From: a bacterium
GTDB lineage: Bacteria > Zhuqueibacterota > Zhuqueibacteria > Oceanimicrobiales > Oceanimicrobiaceae
Assembly: GCA_037446635.1 (NCBI GenBank)
Contig: JBBIIG010000002.1
Location: forward strand, 102,002-166,001
Length of the DNA: 64,000 bases
Direction: 5' to 3'
Shown here: one piece after another, positions 59,195-64,000 of the stretch
Layout: every line of letters starts with the position of its first letter
Numbering within the stretch: position 1 is the stretch's first letter
Program-made: the position numbers and the translations under genes
Notes under the pieces: model-generated
Database searches by the model: none
Told to the model about the DNA's origin: nothing
What the model saw: only the letters and a program-made list of their open reading frames with translations

Positions 59195-59474
59195 ATCGGC
59201 GACTCCAAAGATTCTGAATTGCATCAAAAATTTACGAATCGTGTCTCAACGAGAAACAGTCCGTAATTTCAAAAGTGAATTGACACATAAAGCTACCAAC
59301 AATTATGCCAGGTGGTCAATTTTTTGCGGGTCTATTTTACATTAAAATCTCCAACAAAGCAACCCTTTTTTGAGATGCCCAGTTCCACGTTTACTAAACC
59401 CTTTTAGTAAACTTTTGTCGATACACAAAAGTCTTGCATATCAGAAAAACTGCATTTAAATTATTTTCAATTTT

Positions 59475-59633
59475 ATGGAAATCACCGAAGAAAAACTCCG
59501 GCAAATTGCCGCCGAGGCGCAAAAGCAATTGGGGCCTAACGCCAACCCGGCCATGATTAAAAAGGTGGTGAAAGAAGTGGTGCGCCGCCTCAGCGAAGAG
59601 TCCAGCCCGCTGCCATCTCCCTCAAAATATTGA
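59475..59633 (+). CDS. Small 52-aa acidic ORF (MEITEEKLRQIAAEAQKQLG...) not in the ORF track, with a possible promoter TTGCAT-17 bp-TAAATT at 59434-59462
   Basis: Protein-like composition in a 500-bp spacer upstream of secD. No SD sequence. Short leader. Confidence 0.3.
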   Translation: MEITEEKLRQIAAEAQKQLGPNANPAMIKKVVKEVVRRLSEESSPLPSPSKY

Positions 59634-59735
59634 GCCGTAACTCATTAAGCAGGCCAGAATCTTACCTTGACTTTATTTTAAAATTATGCTATATTGCGCA
59701 CTGAATTTTCCTGTTTTGGGAGGAATAGCAACTCA

Positions 59736-61805
59736 ATGCGAAGAAAAAATTTGTTCAAAACTCTGATTGTGCTGGCGGTGATCGCGGGGTCGATTATCGT
59801 TTTGTACCCAACTTATGAAGTCAATCAACTGAAAAAGAAAGCGGAAATTCACTACAAGGCCGTAGAGGAAAATACCACCCTCAGCCGCAACGATATCCGG
59901 GCGGCGCTCAATTCCGCCAACCTGCAATTGCTGGTGCGCAACCATTTCACCGGTGCGAACGGCAACAGCCTCGACGCCATCATCGCCTCCGACGTCCAGC
60001 CGCTCATCGAACTGGATCACAAAATCAAGCTCAATGAACCCAAAGCCATCCCGCTGGGCCTCGATCTGCAGGGCGGCACCTATCTGGTTTACGAAGTTGA
60101 CATGCCGCAATTGCTGCACAGCCTGGCGAAAACCAAAGACAGCGACTTTGAAGACGCCATTCGCCAAATCCAAACTCGGGTGCAAACCACCAACGAAGAT
60201 TTTTTTGAAGTTCTACCGGAGGTCTTTGCTGAACGGAATTTGCGCCTCAACCGCTATTTCGGCGGCAGCCGCGACCCCGACGACAAAATCCTCGACGGCC
60301 TCAAGACCGAGGCCGAGGACGCTGTCAACCGCACCCTCGAGGTGCTGCGCAATCGCATCGACCAGTTTGGCGTCTCCGAGCCCTCCATCACTAAACAAGG
60401 GACGCACCGCATCGTGATTGAGTTGGCCGGCATTCAGGACGTCGATCGCGCCAAGCGCATCATCGGCACCACCGCGCTGCTGGAATTTCAATTGGAGATC
60501 GAACCCGAGAAAGCTTCCGCCATTCGCAGCGCCATCAACCGCGTCTGGAAACGCCGGCTCGATAAATTGGCCGGCTTGAGCGCCGACACTTCAACGCAAA
60601 TGGATACCTCGACCATCAAAGAAAAAGTGCGCGAAGAAACCGAGGTGAGCCTGCGGGATATTTTCGGCGAGGCGGCCATCAAAGAGGAACGAACCGACAA
60701 TAAAACCGCTGCCGCTGACTCCGACACCACGGCGCTGATTGACGAAGAAATTTTTCAGGAGCGCCCATTCGATGCCTTGCTGGCGAACCTCGGCGGCGAA
60801 ATGGCGGTCCCCATCCAAAATCGTCTCGCGGTGGAAAATATCTTGAATTCGCCGGAGGTGCAAGCGGTCATCCCCAAAGATACCGAAATTCTTTTTTCCA
60901 ACCGCCCCGAGCGCTCGGGCGATCAGGAATACTACCTTCTTTATATGCTTAAAAAAGAGCCGGAGCTGATTGGCGCGATGATCGCCGACGCCCGCCCTAA
61001 CATCGGCTCGGAATTGCAGGCCGGGCGCTGGATCGTCAACATGGAGCTCACTGCCGAAGGCGCGCGCATTTTCTCGCGGGTGACCGGCGCCAACATCAAC
61101 AAGCGGCTGGGCATTGTGCTCGACGGCCGGGTGGTTTCCATCCCAAATATTCAGGAAAAAATTCCCTCCGGGCGCGCCCAGATCACCGGCATGGCCAATG
61201 ATAAAGAGGCCAAAGACCTGGCCATCGTTTTGCGCGCCGGCGCGCTGCCTGCGCCGGTGGAAGTCATCGAGGAGCGCACCGTCGGCCCGTCTTTAGGGCA
61301 GGATTCTATTAATAAAGGAACGTACTCGGCGATGATCGGAATGGCGCTGGTCGCGGTGTTTATGGTTTTATACTATCGGCTCTCGGGTCTGCTGGCGAAC
61401 CTGGCGCTGATTTTGAACTTGGTCATTCTGATGGCGGTGCTGGCAGGCTTTCATGCCACCCTTACCTTGCCCGGCGTGGCCGGCATCATTTTGACCATCG
61501 GCATGGCGGTGGATGCCAACGTGCTGATTTTCGAGCGCATCCGCGAAGAGCTGCGCAGCGGCAAAACCATCCGCGCCGCCATCGACAGCGGTTACAGCCG
61601 CGCCTTCCGCACCATTTTGGACGCCAACGTCACCACCCTGCTTACCGCGGTGGTGCTCTATCAATTCGGCACCGGCCCCATTCGCGGCTTCGCCCTCACC
61701 CTTTCCATCGGCATCGTGGTCAGCATGTTCACCGCGATTTTGGTCACCCGCATCATTTTTGATTACGTGATCGATAAGTTTGCCGTCACTAAATTAAGCA
61801 TTTAA
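59736..61805 (+). CDS. secD: Protein translocase subunit SecD
   Basis: N-terminal TM helix, large periplasmic domain and C-terminal 5-TM bundle. GGGAGGA RBS before MRRKNLF. Followed by secF. Confidence 0.9.
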   Translation: MRRKNLFKTLIVLAVIAGSIIVLYPTYEVNQLKKKAEIHYKAVEENTTLSRNDIRAALNSANLQLLVRNHFTGANGNSLDAIIASDVQPLIELDHKIKLNEPKAIPLGLDLQGGTYLVYEVDMPQLLHSLAKTKDSDFEDAIRQIQTRVQTTNEDFFEVLPEVFAERNLRLNRYFGGSRDPDDKILDGLKTEAEDAVNRTLEVLRNRIDQFGVSEPSITKQGTHRIVIELAGIQDVDRAKRIIGTTALLEFQLEIEPEKASAIRSAINRVWKRRLDKLAGLSADTSTQMDTSTIKEKVREETEVSLRDIFGEAAIKEERTDNKTAAADSDTTALIDEEIFQERPFDALLANLGGEMAVPIQNRLAVENILNSPEVQAVIPKDTEILFSNRPERSGDQEYYLLYMLKKEPELIGAMIADARPNIGSELQAGRWIVNMELTAEGARIFSRVTGANINKRLGIVLDGRVVSIPNIQEKIPSGRAQITGMANDKEAKDLAIVLRAGALPAPVEVIEERTVGPSLGQDSINKGTYSAMIGMALVAVFMVLYYRLSGLLANLALILNLVILMAVLAGFHATLTLPGVAGIILTIGMAVDANVLIFERIREELRSGKTIRAAIDSGYSRAFRTILDANVTTLLTAVVLYQFGTGPIRGFALTLSIGIVVSMFTAILVTRIIFDYVIDKFAVTKLSI

Positions 61806-61817
61806 TTCGGAGACGCC

Positions 61818-62738
61818 ATGCAATTCTTTGCAAACACGAAAATTGATTTTATCGGAAAACGAAAACCCGCCATGTTGTTTTCGCTGGCGCTGATTTTGGT
61901 CAGCATCGTTTCCTTAGTTGCGCAGGGCGGCCCGAAGTATGGCATCGATTTTTTGGGCGGCACCTCCATCGAGCTGAAATTCGAAAAGGATATCTCGGTC
62001 GCGGAGGTTCGTTCGGCTTTGACGCAAGTGGGTTTCGGCAACGCCGAGATCAAAAACTTCGGCTCCGGAAAAGAAATCCTCGTCCGCGTGCAGCAGCAGG
62101 AAACCGGCACCGAGATTTCCGACGCCATCAAAGCGGAAATCTCCAAAGCCTTTCCGGACAACCCCTACACGGTGCAGATGATCGAAAAAGTCGGCCCCAA
62201 AATCGGCGCCGAGCTGCGAAGCGCGGCGGTGTGGGCGGTGCTCATCGCCATGTTCTGCATTTTGATCTACATCAGTTGGCGCTTCGAATTCGTATTTGCG
62301 GTGGGCGCCATCGTGGCGTTGTTTCACGACGTCATCATTACGCTGGGCGTGTTCTCTCTGCTGCGGTTGGAAATTTCTCTCAACGTGATCGCCGCGTTCC
62401 TGACCATCGTCGGCTACTCGCTGAACGACACCATCGTCGTGTTCGATCGCATCCGCGAAAACCTGAAGGTGCTGCGCCGCGAAACCTACGAGAACATCAT
62501 CAACATCAGCATCAATCAAACTTTGAGCCGCACCATCTTGACCAGCGGCACCACCCTGATCGTAGTGTTGGTGCTCTACCTTTTCGGCGGTGAAGTGATT
62601 CACAATTTCGCCTTTGGGCTGTTGATCGGCATCGGCGTCGGCACTTACAGCTCCATCTTTGTGGCCAGCCCGATTTTAGTTGAATGGGAAAAACAGCGGC
62701 AGTTGAAAAAAAGCAAAGCCGTTCTCAAACACGCATAA
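61818..62738 (+). CDS. secF: Protein translocase subunit SecF
   Basis: Architecture and sequence typical of SecF. Starts 13 bp after secD. Confidence 0.9.
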   Translation: MQFFANTKIDFIGKRKPAMLFSLALILVSIVSLVAQGGPKYGIDFLGGTSIELKFEKDISVAEVRSALTQVGFGNAEIKNFGSGKEILVRVQQQETGTEISDAIKAEISKAFPDNPYTVQMIEKVGPKIGAELRSAAVWAVLIAMFCILIYISWRFEFVFAVGAIVALFHDVIITLGVFSLLRLEISLNVIAAFLTIVGYSLNDTIVVFDRIRENLKVLRRETYENIINISINQTLSRTILTSGTTLIVVLVLYLFGGEVIHNFAFGLLIGIGVGTYSSIFVASPILVEWEKQRQLKKSKAVLKHA

Positions 62739-62859
62739 TCTTTTGATTTTCGAATTGCGAAACAAACTGAGTTCAAAAAAACGAGATTAGAATTTTGGCA
62801 TTATTCCCATTTTGTATTTTTCTGGAAATCTGCTCAACCTACTTTGAGGAGGTTAGGTT

Positions 62860-64000
<1,141 letters not shown>

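Overview
This is a gene-dense, mostly housekeeping chromosomal segment of about 55-60% GC with AT-rich intergenic spacers. A fragment of a T9SS C-terminal sorting domain suggests an FCB-superphylum-like bacterium, probably from a metagenome assembly.

Recognisable core genes:
- Lipoprotein and DNA repair: lnt (3' end), mutM.
- A cysP/sbp-cysT-cysW-cysA sulfate ABC transporter operon.
- A GAF-PP2C (RsbU-like) phosphatase and a STAS anti-sigma antagonist, about 54 kb apart.
- Peptidases: sppA (two S49 domains plus an N-terminal beta-barrel-like extension) and an S9 oligopeptidase.
- A B12-binding radical SAM gene and a cupin.
- Translation genes: glyQS, aspS, rpmE, prfA, prmC.
- A galT-like gene next to an unknown membrane protein.
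- The conserved phoH-pgpH(7TM-HD)-ybeY-corC block.
- A DUF1385 gene, rho, folC, a TonB-dependent receptor and an Fe/Mn SOD.
- Glycolysis and transport: eno, pyk, a split agcS, an OPT transporter.
- A deoxyhypusine-synthase-like gene, secD-secF and purA (5' end).

Accessory and unusual content:
- Two separate restriction-modification loci:
  - a permuted minimal N4/N6 MTase with a PLD-family nuclease that appears frameshifted into a third ORF, preceded by a 6-copy heptamer repeat;
  - a Dam-like MTase with a putative PD-(D/E)xK endonuclease.
- Two type II toxin-antitoxin pairs: Phd/Doc, and RelE/ParE inserted inside the rpmE-prfA-prmC operon with its own palindromic operator.
- Gene remnants: a porin O/P C-terminus, a GH27 fragment, a methyltransferase C-terminus and a T9SS sorting-domain fragment.
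- An in-frame TAA stop inside agcS.
- Two proteins that may be new to bacteria: a glucan-water-dikinase-like permuted PEP-utilising dikinase with a 500-aa unknown N-terminal domain, and a standalone 187-aa protein with a caspase-p20-like His/Cys arrangement.
- Several repeat and hairpin families (MITE-like, REP-like, operator-like).

No tRNA or rRNA genes and no CRISPR array were found. All calls rest on reading the translations and the DNA by eye; no searches were run.
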